Origin: an uncultured bacterium
Lineage (GTDB): Bacteria; Omnitrophota; Omnitrophia; Omnitrophales; Aquincolibacteriaceae
Assembly (NCBI GenBank): GCA_964508905.1
Contig: CAZDVO010000007.1
Coordinates: forward strand, 198-64,197
Direction: 5' to 3'
DNA length: 64,000 bases
The notes below the pieces were generated by a model. The model had not been told where the DNA came from. It saw only the letters and a list, made by a program, of their open reading frames with translations, and searched no databases. Of this stretch, positions 18,552-28,460 are shown piece by piece (within the stretch, counting starts at the first letter, position 1; each line of letters starts with the position of its first letter). The translations under genes were made by a program, and so were the position numbers.

Positions 18552-19760
18552 TTAGGCCTCCGAAAATTCCTTCAATTTCGTGATCTGCGCCACAGGATAA
18601 TAATACTCCAGGATCTCCTTATAGCCATATCCTAATTCGCCGAGATATTTCATCCCGTACTGGCACATCCCGACCCCGTGCCCCCAGCCTTTCCCTTTGA
18701 AAACGAAATTACCCGCGTCATCCCGGGAGATCTTGGTGATCTTGTTGCTCTTGATCTTCATGGGATCCACCCAGACACGGAACCCGTCGGCATCGACCAC
18801 CTTCTCAATGTGCGTGCTCTTGATCACCAATTGATGAGCCCGGCCGGTCCGGTCGAACTGATCGGCCCGGATCCCGAGCACCTCCGCCACCGGCATTCGC
18901 TGGGCCGCTAATTTTTCCTTGATCTTCACGGGACTGATCACCGCCTGCCACTTGTAATGCGGCGATCGCTGGCAGTACTGGCATTCCACACCGGCCAACG
19001 CGGGATGCGGTTTCACTTTCCAGACAAGATCCGCGGCCGTAGTCGCGCCGCCGCAAGTCGAATGAAAATACGCGGGAAAGATCTTATCCTTATAGAGCAG
19101 GACTTCGCCCCGGGTGGCTTCCACCGCCTGGTCCGTTCTTTCATTTTCGATCTGCTTGCCAATGTAGACCTGGCTCATCATCCCGGAAGACACGTCATAT
19201 TCCAAACCGCGGCGCGCGATCATTTTGGTTAACGCGAAGGTCCGCGACACCACGGCCTGCGCCTTGAGCGACTCCAGTGTCCAGGCGGGGTTCCCCTCGA
19301 ACGGGATGACCCCTTTGAGATAATCATCCAGGTTCAACCGATTGATAACATCCAGGGTCCCCCGATCGTTCTTATAAATAAACACTTCGTCACGATACAC
19401 ACCGCTCGCCCCCACCCGGATCCCGTGACCGATGCTTTTGACGACCAAAAACCGCGTCGGAACGATCCGGCTCCACCACTGGATCCCCTTAGCCACGGGT
19501 TTTACGGTCGCACCATCCAGCTTTTCGCCCTTAACCACGATACGGCCCTGATCATCCAGTACTTCGAACGGAGCGGACGTGCTCACCTTTGCCTGAAGCT
19601 TATCGGCTTGGACCCGAATCCGGATCTTGGTCACAGCTTTCAGGTCCTGGGGCAGGGCCATAGAAAGATCCCGGAGGGGCTCCCCGCAGAGACAAAGAGG
19701 TGCGGTCAGCAATAACAGGGCAACGCTCAAAAGAATGGGACGAAGAGGTCGGTTCGACAT
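18552..19760 (-). CDS. SpoIID/LytB-domain protein (peptidoglycan-lytic amidase-enhancer family), secreted
   Basis: Central SpoIID motifs (YLKGV..E, ALKAQAVVSRT, YFHSTCGG.T). The ATG at 19760 gives the signal peptide MSNRPLRPILLSVALLLLTAPLC. The ORF-track TTG at 19796 has no SD. Confidence 0.75.
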   Translation of the reverse strand: MSNRPLRPILLSVALLLLTAPLCLCGEPLRDLSMALPQDLKAVTKIRIRVQADKLQAKVSTSAPFEVLDDQGRIVVKGEKLDGATVKPVAKGIQWWSRIVPTRFLVVKSIGHGIRVGASGVYRDEVFIYKNDRGTLDVINRLNLDDYLKGVIPFEGNPAWTLESLKAQAVVSRTFALTKMIARRGLEYDVSSGMMSQVYIGKQIENERTDQAVEATRGEVLLYKDKIFPAYFHSTCGGATTAADLVWKVKPHPALAGVECQYCQRSPHYKWQAVISPVKIKEKLAAQRMPVAEVLGIRADQFDRTGRAHQLVIKSTHIEKVVDADGFRVWVDPMKIKSNKITKISRDDAGNFVFKGKGWGHGVGMCQYGMKYLGELGYGYKEILEYYYPVAQITKLKEFSEA

Positions 19761-19799
19761 AGGGCAGGCATTGTAGCAAGGAAGGAGGGAAAACAAAAG

Positions 19800-19836
19800 G
19801 GGCGGTTCCGATCGGAACCGCCCCTTTTAAAACTGA
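19800..19836. terminator. bidirectional rho-independent terminator
   Basis: aaaaGGGGCGGTTCC gatc GGAACCGCCCCtttt is a perfect 11-bp stem flanked by A and T runs. Confidence 0.7.
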
Positions 19837-19848
19837 AGAACTTACAGC

Positions 19849-20325
19849 TTACTTAATGGCTTCGAGATAGCTCTTGAGCTTGGCCCAAGTCTGGCGGCCG
19901 CAAACACCGTCCGCGGTCATGCCATTGTCTTTCTGGAAAGCGCGGATCGCATCGCGGGTCCCGGGACCGACTTTGCCGTCGATCGCGCCCTGATAGTAAC
20001 CGGCTTTTTTCAGCGCCTTCTGGATGTTCACGGAAGGGATCTCGAAACCGGACGGCGTGCGATACATCCCGCCGGAAACAGCACCTTCATCGGAAGGAGC
20101 ATACCCGGTATCAGACACGCCCGAAACGCTAGGGACTTCGGAGGACTGGATCGCAGCGCGCGTATCCTGAAGCGACTGGTCCAAACGAACGAGTTCATCC
20201 GTCATCGCGTTCATCTGAGCCTGCATCGTATCGATCTTCTTCGTGGTCTTCTTGGAAGCGCAACCGCTCAAAGCGATCAAGCCAACCATCACTGCCAACA
20301 TCGTAAAACGTGTAGCTTTTCCCAT
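19849..20325 (-). CDS. lipoprotein with a C-terminal peptidoglycan-binding domain (PG_binding_1)
   Basis: Lipobox LIALSGC. C-terminal ...ALKKAGYYQGAIDGKVGPGTRDAIRAFQKDNGMTADGVCGRQT is the PGBD-like repeat. AGGAG lies 8 nt before the ATG. Confidence 0.7.
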   Translation of the reverse strand: MGKATRFTMLAVMVGLIALSGCASKKTTKKIDTMQAQMNAMTDELVRLDQSLQDTRAAIQSSEVPSVSGVSDTGYAPSDEGAVSGGMYRTPSGFEIPSVNIQKALKKAGYYQGAIDGKVGPGTRDAIRAFQKDNGMTADGVCGRQTWAKLKSYLEAIK

Positions 20326-20394
20326 TGTTTTTTCTCCTGTAGGTCGAACATTGGTTAGAAAAAATTATACCATTGCGAAGGCTCGAAGTTTATC

Positions 20395-20414
20395 AGATTG
20401 ATTTTTTGAAATCA
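20395..20414. promoter_or_regulatory. 20-bp perfect palindrome attgattt tttg aaatcaat upstream of the lipoprotein gene; candidate operator
   Basis: Perfect 8-bp inverted repeat with a 4-nt centre, about 75 nt upstream of the start at 20325 (minus strand). Confidence 0.3.
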
Positions 20415-20462
20415 ATGAGAAATCTTCGAAACGCACCGCGGAAAACTCTCGGAAAAAGACTG

Positions 20463-21317
20463 CTACACCGGCATCCCGGGAGTACCCACCGCAGGAGCCG
20501 CGGTCTCACCGCCAGAGCTCACAACATCATCCGCCGGACGCACCGCGAACAGCATAAATTCCGTATGCCCGATCATCCGCTGCACGGGGCGCGTCTTTCC
20601 GCCGCGAGCCAGGATCTCGCGTTCCAAAAGCTCTCGCGCTTCGACCAGAATAAATCCCTGTTCGCGCAGCGCCTCGGCCATTTTTTCGATCTGATTAAAG
20701 GTGGGATTGAGGCTCACGAGACGTCCGCCGGGCTTCAGCACCTGCTTGACAACGGCCACCTCTTCCCACGGTTGCGGGATATCAAGGGTCACGGCATCAA
20801 AATCTTTTTCGGTGAACGGCTCCATCGCCTGCCGCTGGCAAAAGGTCACGAACGAGCTCAGGCCGGCACGCTGGATATTTTTATAAGCGTTCTTGGGAAG
20901 ATCTTCGCGGCGGTCATAGGAAAAGACATGGCCGGACGGCGCCACCATTTGCGCGAGCGCCATGGTCAGCGATCCGGAGCCGGTGCCGATCTCCATCACC
21001 TTGGAACCGCTTCGGATCCCCGCTTTCATCATGAGAAGCGCCGCGTCCTTGGGATAAATGATCCCGCTCTCGCGCGAGGCCTTCATCATGAGGTCTTCCA
21101 TCGTGGGTTTCAGGAGATAGCAAAAGCCGTGCTCGCAGATGATCTTTTTGCCGAAGGGCTGCCCGATCCATTCATCCACCGAAAGCGGTTTCCCGCAGTG
21201 GATCGCGACACGCTTCCCGGGTGTCACGTCGATCATGTAAGTACGTTCGTCATCGAACCACACCAGGACAAGGTCCCCGACCTGGATACCGCTCTGAGTT
21301 TGAGTCGTATTTTCCAT
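20463..21317 (-). CDS. trmI: tRNA (adenine-N1)-methyltransferase TrmI (Gcd14 family)
   Basis: N-terminal beta-barrel, then SAM-binding VMEIGTGSGSLTMALA and VSLNPT. Confidence 0.8.
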   Translation of the reverse strand: MENTTQTQSGIQVGDLVLVWFDDERTYMIDVTPGKRVAIHCGKPLSVDEWIGQPFGKKIICEHGFCYLLKPTMEDLMMKASRESGIIYPKDAALLMMKAGIRSGSKVMEIGTGSGSLTMALAQMVAPSGHVFSYDRREDLPKNAYKNIQRAGLSSFVTFCQRQAMEPFTEKDFDAVTLDIPQPWEEVAVVKQVLKPGGRLVSLNPTFNQIEKMAEALREQGFILVEARELLEREILARGGKTRPVQRMIGHTEFMLFAVRPADDVVSSGGETAAPAVGTPGMPV

Positions 21318-21403
21318 ATGATTCCTTTATGTTTTTTATGTCCGGGAAATAAGGCGCAGATTCTGTCACTGCACGCCCGGTGAAGCAATCTCTATTTTCG
21401 GGA

Positions 21404-22060
21404 CTACCAGCCTTCGGCGCGGGCGAACTCCAGAAGCTCCGCGAAATCACGAACGATATGGTCCGGCTTCGCCTCGCGAAGGGCCGCCTCCGTAGCAAAT
21501 CCATGGGAAAGCGTTACCACCCCGACGCCGGCATTCCGCGCGGCCTGGATATCCACCGCACTGTCCCCGATAAAGATCACGTCCTTTTCCTCGACTTGCG
21601 TCCGTTCGATCAAATGATGCACGGCCGCCGGGTCCGGCTTGAACGGCAGTCCGTTGTCGCCAGCCAGGATCGCCATAAAATGATCCGCCACTCCCAACGC
21701 CTCGAGGATCTGGGAAGAGAACGGGTTCGGCTTATTGGTGATCACGGCTTGCTTGCGGTCTTTGAAATGTTCCAGGAATTCCCGGGCCCCGGGATAGAGT
21801 GCCGTATGATCCAACATGTGCTCTTTGTAATGCTGGCGATAAAGTTTGGAACCCCGTTCAGCAAGCGCTTCGTCTTCGGTTCGAAACACTTGCTTGATCA
21901 GCGCGTGAAGGCCCGTCCCAACACATTTCTTGATCTCCTCATCGGTCAGCTCCGGTCCGTTGAGCGCCTTCAAGGCATACCTCACGCCGTTGATAATATC
22001 CTGACGCGTATCCACCAGCGTCCCATCCAGATCATAAAGGAACAATTTTTTCACGGTCAT
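21404..22060 (-). CDS. HAD-family hydrolase (phosphoglycolate phosphatase-like)
   Basis: LFLYDLDGTLVDT (motif I), VITNKP (II), K...GDSAVD (III/IV). Confidence 0.8.
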   Translation of the reverse strand: MTVKKLFLYDLDGTLVDTRQDIINGVRYALKALNGPELTDEEIKKCVGTGLHALIKQVFRTEDEALAERGSKLYRQHYKEHMLDHTALYPGAREFLEHFKDRKQAVITNKPNPFSSQILEALGVADHFMAILAGDNGLPFKPDPAAVHHLIERTQVEEKDVIFIGDSAVDIQAARNAGVGVVTLSHGFATEAALREAKPDHIVRDFAELLEFARAEGW

Positions 22061-22066
22061 GTCTTT

Positions 22067-25000
22067 CTACTGGGCGGGTTGCGCCATGCGTTCATTGGAG
22101 TAATCGAGGATCTGCTGCTGCAACGCGCAGATCTTTTTCTCAAGCCCGTCAAAGAACGCGTCGCCTCCGGCGGCAGGGAACGAAAGGGTCACGGCCTTTT
22201 GATTCTTGAGGTAGTAGATGATAGCAGAACGCACCGGAAGTTTCAGAATACGCTGGGCCGCCAACGCGTAAAGCTCCATCTGAAGATCATAACCGCTTCG
22301 CTTCGCCGACGTTTCATCCCCGCTCGCGGTCTTATAATCAAGGATATGCCAGCCCCCTTGCGAGTCTTCAAAAAGAACGTCGATCTTTCCGTGGATCAAC
22401 CCTCGCCGTTCGTTCAGCACAAAATCGACCTCGCGCTGGACTTGTCTGGCTTTCCGAAGCGTTCCAAAGACCGGCTGCTTCAGAAGACCTTCCACGATCT
22501 TCCTCGCCTCCGCCACGGCCTCCGCACCAAACCGGCCAAAGGCCCGGTCCACCGCTCCCGACTCCCAGACGGACTCCGGGGCATCAAAATCCAAGTGTTC
22601 AAGGAATCCATGCATCACGGTTCCGAAATCGGCGGCTGAAAAATCTTCTTTCTCGAAACTGCTTTCCTCGCCGGACCACTCCGAGGCTCCCGTCCCCCAG
22701 CCCAGCTGATACGTACGCCAGAACGCCTGGGGATCTTTTTGAAAAAGCACATACGCCGAAACCGGAAGATCGATACTGCGGGGCGCCGAAGCACCGGGCG
22801 CTTGCGCTGCAACAACGGATCGCGGATTTTCCTCCTTCATCACATCGGTGATCAGCGTCGCAACCTTGTCACGGATATCCGCCTTCGCCCCGCCGTGAGG
22901 TTTGTCAACCAGATCCGGATCCACCGTCATCGGGATCGACATCGCTTCCCCGGCTGGGGTCTCGCTGCCCCCAGCACGTTCGCGGGGCTTGGACGCCCCG
23001 TTGTCACAGATCGTCATCACCCAATCCATCCATGAGCTCATCTCGCGAAAAGTTTTCTTTTCCTCTTTTTTCTTTTTATGAACCCCGCTCAGGAAAAGCC
23101 GCGCTTTCGCCCGCGTCACGGCCACATAAAAAAGACGTTTCCATTCTTCATCTTCCCGGGCCACGATCTCCCGGTCGACCCACCGGAAAAAATAGGGCTT
23201 CACCGGATCCTCCCCGGCCTCGGCAGGCGCCTGCATGGCATAGCCGTCCGCCGCGTGGGCGATCACCGTCTTGGAATCCGCACGGGAACCGCTGTGTCCC
23301 ATATCCGCCACGAACACCACCGAGAATTCCAGTCCCTTCGCCGCGTGAACGCTCATCATGCGCACCGCCTCCGCGCTCGTTTCCTGCACGACCTGCGCCT
23401 CCGACTCGCGGACGTCCTGCGCCTTCAGCCGCTGAAGGATCTTTAAAAAAGCGCCGAGCGGCATCCGGTCATAGGTCTCATATTCCCGCACCATCGCGAT
23501 CAGTTTTTTAAGGTTGGCGTATCGCCGTACCCCGCGCGGGTCCATCAGGACTGACAATTCATAGCCGGTACGATCCAGGATCGTATCGATCAGTTCCGAA
23601 AGGGGGATCCGGTCCTTAAGCGCCGCCAATTCCCGCGTCAGCGCGAGAAAAGTGTTCAATCTCTCTTTTTGGCCGGAAGCGATCTCTTTGAGGGTGTCCA
23701 ATCGGTCAAACGCGCGACAAAGCGGCGTTTCATCGTTTTTAGCTTTGGCGGCACGGGCAAGCCAGAAAAGCGTATCATCGGTGATATGAAAAAACGGAGA
23801 GCGAAGCGTGGCTGCCAAAGGAATATCCGCGAGCGGCCTGTCGAGATGCGATAGAAAACTCATCATGTCCTGGATCTCAGCCTGCTCATAAAAACCGCGC
23901 CCGGCCACGATGAAATAAGGGACACCGGCAGATTTGAAGGCGTCTTCATAAAGCCCGCTTGAGGTCATGGCCTGGAATAGGACCGCCATATCGCCGTAGG
24001 GGATCTTTTCCTTGTCATGAAGCTCCCGGACCCGGGCTGCGATCGCGCGGGCTTCGCGCAAACGCGAACAGCGCATATCCTCCCCATCCTTTTGTCCGGT
24101 CACCAGCACTTCGACGGCCGCGCCCCCCGACCGCGCCGGGGCTGTTCCGGAAGAGGCTCCGCCCCGGGACTGCGGGATAAGGGGATCGAACGGAAAACGA
24201 TCTTCTTCCCACAACGTCTTGAAGAAACGGTTCACAAAATCCAACACCGGCGGCTCACTGCGGAAACTTTCCGAAAGAAAGATTCTCTCGCCCGCGACGC
24301 CGTCCTCATAAACGCGTTCCTTGTCACGAAAAAGGCGCGGTTCCGCGCCCCGGAACCCGTAGATGGACTGCTTGTAGTCGCCCACAAGGAACAGATTCCC
24401 CTGCGACGCCAGAAGCTCGACAAACTCCATCTGGAGAAAGTTGGTGTCCTGGAATTCGTCGACCAGGATGAACTTGAACTGCCGCTGATAGCGTTCGCGA
24501 AGCCGTTCGAGCGCCGGCGTCCGTCCGCGAAAAAGGCTCACGGCCTTCATCTGGAGATCATCGAAATCAAGAAAACCCTCTTCGGATTTTCTCGCGTCGT
24601 AACCCGCTTCGAACGCGAGCGCGATGCTCTCGAATTTTCGCCTCCAAGGCTCCACCCGGGCTTCCGCGCGGATCGCCGCAAGGTCTTCCAGCACCGCCCG
24701 CCATTCCTTCCATCCCGCCTTACGCTTCCCTTTCGCATGGGCGTTCCACCCATCGAAATCAAGCGCGGTCGCCCGGTCCCAAACCTTCTGATCCAGGAAC
24801 CGCTGCCACACTTCGGGTTCGACCCCCTCAAGCTTCGGGATGAGCAAGCGGGCTTCGCCGACAAGCGCCTCCTCCCGTTCCGAGCAAACTTTTTTTCCCT
24901 TAGCTTCGCTTTCTTCAAAAAATTCCGGTAGAGTTTTTCCCTCGTGCCGTGCGGCGGTATAAACCCGAAGGATCCCGTCGCGGACCTTGTCTTCACCGTA

Positions 25001-25453
25001 AGCCGGCAAAAGCTCGAACGCTTCCCTGTTCTCCGCGTAACAGGCTACGATCGTTTCGCGGAGCACTTCTTCCTTTAAAAGTTCCGCCTGCTCGGATTCG
25101 ATCACGCGAAAATCCGGGTCCACTCCGGCTTCGATGGGATGTTCCTTCAGTAGCCGCGACGCGAAGCTGTGAAAGGTCGAGATCGCGGCTCGTTCGAGTT
25201 CCTGGCAGGCCCTGTCGAGGCCCGCGGCACGAAGGCTTGTCGCAAGGCGCGACTTGATCTCAAGGGCGGCCTTTTCCGTAAAGGTCAGCACCAACAGTTC
25301 CGTGATGAGCGCCTTCTGATCGAGCAAAAGATGGAGGATCCGCTCGACTAGCACCCGCGTTTTGCCGGTTCCCGCGCCCGCCGACACAAGGATGTTCTTT
25401 CCGAGCGTTTGAACGGCTTTTTTTTGAGATTTCGTGAGACTCACATTGACCAT
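22067..25453 (-). CDS. addA: AddA-type helicase-nuclease (UvrD/PcrA superfamily-1 helicase with a C-terminal PD-(D/E)xK nuclease)
   Basis: Q-motif and Walker A (SAGAGTGKT). UvrD motifs (LVDEFQDTN, GDYKQSIYGFRGA, VHAAKGLEF). C-terminal GKIDVLFEDSQGGWHILDYKT nuclease motif. Preferred start is MVNVSL at about 25453. Confidence 0.8.
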   Translation of the reverse strand: MVNVSLTKSQKKAVQTLGKNILVSAGAGTGKTRVLVERILHLLLDQKALITELLVLTFTEKAALEIKSRLATSLRAAGLDRACQELERAAISTFHSFASRLLKEHPIEAGVDPDFRVIESEQAELLKEEVLRETIVACYAENREAFELLPAYGEDKVRDGILRVYTAARHEGKTLPEFFEESEAKGKKVCSEREEALVGEARLLIPKLEGVEPEVWQRFLDQKVWDRATALDFDGWNAHAKGKRKAGWKEWRAVLEDLAAIRAEARVEPWRRKFESIALAFEAGYDARKSEEGFLDFDDLQMKAVSLFRGRTPALERLRERYQRQFKFILVDEFQDTNFLQMEFVELLASQGNLFLVGDYKQSIYGFRGAEPRLFRDKERVYEDGVAGERIFLSESFRSEPPVLDFVNRFFKTLWEEDRFPFDPLIPQSRGGASSGTAPARSGGAAVEVLVTGQKDGEDMRCSRLREARAIAARVRELHDKEKIPYGDMAVLFQAMTSSGLYEDAFKSAGVPYFIVAGRGFYEQAEIQDMMSFLSHLDRPLADIPLAATLRSPFFHITDDTLFWLARAAKAKNDETPLCRAFDRLDTLKEIASGQKERLNTFLALTRELAALKDRIPLSELIDTILDRTGYELSVLMDPRGVRRYANLKKLIAMVREYETYDRMPLGAFLKILQRLKAQDVRESEAQVVQETSAEAVRMMSVHAAKGLEFSVVFVADMGHSGSRADSKTVIAHAADGYAMQAPAEAGEDPVKPYFFRWVDREIVAREDEEWKRLFYVAVTRAKARLFLSGVHKKKKEEKKTFREMSSWMDWVMTICDNGASKPRERAGGSETPAGEAMSIPMTVDPDLVDKPHGGAKADIRDKVATLITDVMKEENPRSVVAAQAPGASAPRSIDLPVSAYVLFQKDPQAFWRTYQLGWGTGASEWSGEESSFEKEDFSAADFGTVMHGFLEHLDFDAPESVWESGAVDRAFGRFGAEAVAEARKIVEGLLKQPVFGTLRKARQVQREVDFVLNERRGLIHGKIDVLFEDSQGGWHILDYKTASGDETSAKRSGYDLQMELYALAAQRILKLPVRSAIIYYLKNQKAVTLSFPAAGGDAFFDGLEKKICALQQQILDYSNERMAQPAQ

Positions 25454-25578
25454 TATTGCTCTTTTTTGATTTAAATATTTTATTGATGATTCTAAATATA
25501 GCGCCAATCCCAAAACGCATTATACAAAAAAGCCTCGACCGCTGGCAAAATTGTATAGATAGGTTATACTTGAGGCGT

Positions 25579-26022
25579 ATGGAAAATGAAAAAAGAAAGT
25601 TCTATCGTCATCCGATCAAGGTGCCTATCCAGTTAACCCAGGTCGAACAAAAGACCCCGGTAAACTCCCGGGCCGAGGACTTGTCCCAAGGCGGCCTTTC
25701 CTTCTATTGGCCCTCAGCAATCCCGGCCGGCACCCATCTCCAGCTCTCGATCCCGATCGAAAAACAACTCTTTAAAATGATGGCCCATGTCACCCACTGC
25801 GAGAAAGATGCAGCGACAGGGCTGTTCAGGATCGGCGTCTGCTTCCAGGACGCGGTCAGCGCTTTCCACGCCAAACTCGCCGAAGAGATCATCCAGATCC
25901 GTCAATATTGCGAAAAGATGTCCCTGCTCCGCCAGCAACCGCTGACAGAAGAAGAGGGCGCGAGGATCTGGATCGAACGCCACGCCGAGAATTTCGCGAA
26001 ATTGTTGGAACCCGCGGCTTAA
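25579..26022 (+). CDS. PilZ-domain protein (c-di-GMP receptor family)
   Basis: RKFYRHPIKVPIQL...DLSQGGLSF are PilZ RxxxR and D/NxSxxG motifs. ATG at 25579 with a GAGG SD. The ORF-track start is upstream and unsupported. Confidence 0.7.
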   Translation: MENEKRKFYRHPIKVPIQLTQVEQKTPVNSRAEDLSQGGLSFYWPSAIPAGTHLQLSIPIEKQLFKMMAHVTHCEKDAATGLFRIGVCFQDAVSAFHAKLAEEIIQIRQYCEKMSLLRQQPLTEEEGARIWIERHAENFAKLLEPAA

Positions 26023-26037
26023 AAATCCCGAAGACAG

Positions 26038-26077
26038 AAAAAGACGGGCGCTTTCATGAGCGCGCGTCTTTTTTTAT
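26038..26077. terminator. bidirectional rho-independent terminator between convergent PilZ and EAL genes
   Basis: aaaaAGACGGGCGC tttcatg AGCGCGCGTCTttttttt. Confidence 0.6.
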
Positions 26078-26079
26078 GC

Positions 26080-26823
26080 TTAGTGAGGAAGCTGGAGTGA
26101 AAGGATCAACTCCCGGGCCGGCTTCGCGAAAAAGAACCCTTGCCCGTAGCGGATCCCCATATTGCGGATAAAATCCAGATCGGACCGGTGTTCCACGCCT
26201 TCTGCCACCATCTCGGAACCGTTCACGCGGCCCAGGTGCACCATTTCGCGCACGATCTGTTGATTGAGATAATTGCTCGCGATCCCCTGAACCAGCTGCA
26301 GGTCGATCTTCAGAAAATCAGGCCGAAGCGACGCTAACTGCGCGGTCTTCACGCTGATGTCATCCACATCATCCAAAGCGAACCGGTAGCCGAACGCGCG
26401 GATGAAATCCACGCCCCTCTGGATAAAGGAAAAATCTGATTTTTTGACGCCCTCGGTCAATTCGAATACGATCTTCTGGGAATACATCTTAAGCCCTTTG
26501 AGAAATTCTTCGCCTTCTTTCCCTTTTGAAAAGGCCTGTTCCAGCGTCAGCGGTTCGATATTAAGGAAAAGATACTGACCTTCCTGGAGTTGCGGCAGTA
26601 CTTTGATGGAAGATTCAAGACAATGAAAATCAAACGGGATCACCATCCCCTTTTCGTAGGAGCGACGAAACATCTCGGAAGGCATTTCTTTCTCACCCCG
26701 GGCCAACGCCTCGTAAGCGAGAATATCTCCGGTCGCGATGTCGACGATCGGTTGGTAGACGGAGTGGATGGGTTCTTTGAATTCGTCCCGTTGTTTTCTG
26801 AAGAAATTAAAATTGAATGGCAT
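26080..26823 (-). CDS. standalone EAL-domain protein (c-di-GMP phosphodiesterase family)
   Basis: YQPIVDIATGDILAYEALAR (EAL motif), plus DDFGTG-like FALDDVD and the conserved E/Q residues. Confidence 0.85.
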   Translation of the reverse strand: MPFNFNFFRKQRDEFKEPIHSVYQPIVDIATGDILAYEALARGEKEMPSEMFRRSYEKGMVIPFDFHCLESSIKVLPQLQEGQYLFLNIEPLTLEQAFSKGKEGEEFLKGLKMYSQKIVFELTEGVKKSDFSFIQRGVDFIRAFGYRFALDDVDDISVKTAQLASLRPDFLKIDLQLVQGIASNYLNQQIVREMVHLGRVNGSEMVAEGVEHRSDLDFIRNMGIRYGQGFFFAKPARELILSLQLPH

Positions 26824-26926
26824 GAGATCCTTTGAAAGAGGGTTTTAAAACTTGGACGGGATTATACACGCCTCTTTTCAAAAACACCAGAGATCGGACC
26901 GCCCCCCGCCGCGGGGCCGCCGAGGG

Positions 26927-27829
26927 TCATCCCTGCAGGATCGAGGCGAGAGCTTCCGAAAGCACTGGGAAACGGAACTGGTAACCACTAGCCAAAAGCT
27001 TTTGCGGCGTCGCTTTCTGGCTTGATAAAAGGATCGACGCCATTTCACCCAGGAGAAGCTTCATCAAAAATGCGGGAACGGGAAACCAGCACGGCCGGCG
27101 TAGCGTCCGGGCCAAGGCGGCTGAAAACGCCTTCATCGTCGCGGGTTCCGGTGACGTAACGTTCACGGGACCGGAAAGTTCCGGACGCTCCAGCATCCAA
27201 AGGATCGCTCCCGTCACGTCCTCTCGGTGAACCCAGGGAATCCATTGGCGGCCGGAGCCAAGCGGCGCTCCCATAAAAAAACGGAAGGGAGGCAACATTT
27301 TCGAAAGCATCCCCCCTTGACCGCCCAACACCGGGCCAAGCCTTGCGAGGATCACGCGAGCTCCATAAGCTTCGGCCTTACGCGCCTCCGTTTCCCACTG
27401 ATCGCACACCTCTGCAAGGAATCCCAGTCCCTTCGGACTCGACTCATCCAACAGCTGATCACCGGGATCGCCGTAATATCCGACGGCGGAAATATTGATC
27501 AGAACGGCCGGCTTCACACGGGCGGAATGAATGGCTGTTACAATAGCTTGAGTAGCGTGGACGCGGCTCAAAAGAAGCGCCTCTTTGCGGCGGACCGTCC
27601 ATCGCCCCGCCGCGATATTCTCCCCCACGAGATTCACGATGACATCCGCCCCATCCACATACCGGGCCCAACCACCGGAAGTTTCCGTATCCCATGTCAC
27701 GAACTTTTCATGCCCCGCGGCAAAACTCTGCCCGCGCGTCAGCACGATCACTTCATGCCCCGCGCCCAGGAGTTCTTTCCTGAGCGCCTTACCGATGAAC
27801 CCTGTCCCACCCGCAAGAACGATCTTCAT
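26927..27829 (-). CDS. TIGR01777-family NAD-dependent epimerase/dehydratase-like protein (YfcH/SDR39U1-like, DUF1731 C-terminus)
   Basis: MKIVLAGGTGFIGKAL Rossmann start. C-terminal ...KLLASGYQFRFP is typical of the family. Confidence 0.75.
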   Translation of the reverse strand: MKIVLAGGTGFIGKALRKELLGAGHEVIVLTRGQSFAAGHEKFVTWDTETSGGWARYVDGADVIVNLVGENIAAGRWTVRRKEALLLSRVHATQAIVTAIHSARVKPAVLINISAVGYYGDPGDQLLDESSPKGLGFLAEVCDQWETEARKAEAYGARVILARLGPVLGGQGGMLSKMLPPFRFFMGAPLGSGRQWIPWVHREDVTGAILWMLERPELSGPVNVTSPEPATMKAFSAALARTLRRPCWFPVPAFLMKLLLGEMASILLSSQKATPQKLLASGYQFRFPVLSEALASILQG

Positions 27830-27974
27830 GATCTTCCAAACCTCCAGAAATAACGTCATCCTGAGCTCTGACTCTTGCTTTCGCAAGAAAGCGTCAGACG
27901 AAGGATCTCAGAAGAGATGTTTCGCTCGCCCCGTAAAACGGGGCAAGCTCAACATGACAGACATGGCTCTGAAT

Positions 27975-28460
27975 TCAATAGATCTTCTTGTCTTGCCGCT
28001 GATCCCAGGCGTTCAACAGCTCTAGACATTCCTTCCGCATGAACGGCGAGGTGATCCCCACCGGGCTTTTGCCGTCCCGCTTCACTTTGCGGCTGGGGAT
28101 ATAAAGCTCATTAAAGCCGCGCCGCGCGACATCAAGAAAGGACGTCCCGAAGAACACATGGCGAAGACGCGCCCAGTGGATCGCGGAAAAGCACATGGTG
28201 CACGGCTCCGTCGTCGAATAGATCACACAATCGGAAAGATCGTAGCGTTTGAGTTTGCGGGACGCAGCGCGGATCGCATTGATCTCGGCATGACAAGTCG
28301 CGTCATGGTCTTTAAGCACGGTATTGTGCCCCACAGCGACAAGCTTATTTCCTCGAACGATCGCGGCGCCGAACGGGCCGCCTTCGGCCTTACCGATCCC
28401 TTCATACGCAGCTTTCAGCGCGCGTTCCATCCATTTTCGTTCCGGCTTTTCAAATTTCAT
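27975..28460 (-). CDS. CDA-fold nucleoside deaminase (guanine deaminase GuaD / TadA-like)
   Basis: GGPFGAAIV, HAEINAIR and PCTMC zinc ligands. Confidence 0.75.
   Translation of the reverse strand: MKFEKPERKWMERALKAAYEGIGKAEGGPFGAAIVRGNKLVAVGHNTVLKDHDATCHAEINAIRAASRKLKRYDLSDCVIYSTTEPCTMCFSAIHWARLRHVFFGTSFLDVARRGFNELYIPSRKVKRDGKSPVGITSPFMRKECLELLNAWDQRQDKKIY

Noticed and set aside
20373-22639. Plus-strand ORFs of 336 aa and 419 aa opposite trmI, HAD and addA.
   Set aside because: Antisense shadow ORFs. The real genes on the minus strand have clear family motifs.
26824-26926. GC-rich run ccgccccccgccgcggggccgcc upstream of the EAL gene as a possible G-quadruplex or terminator.
   Set aside because: Only a short imperfect stem with no flanking T-run. 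Insufficient evidence.
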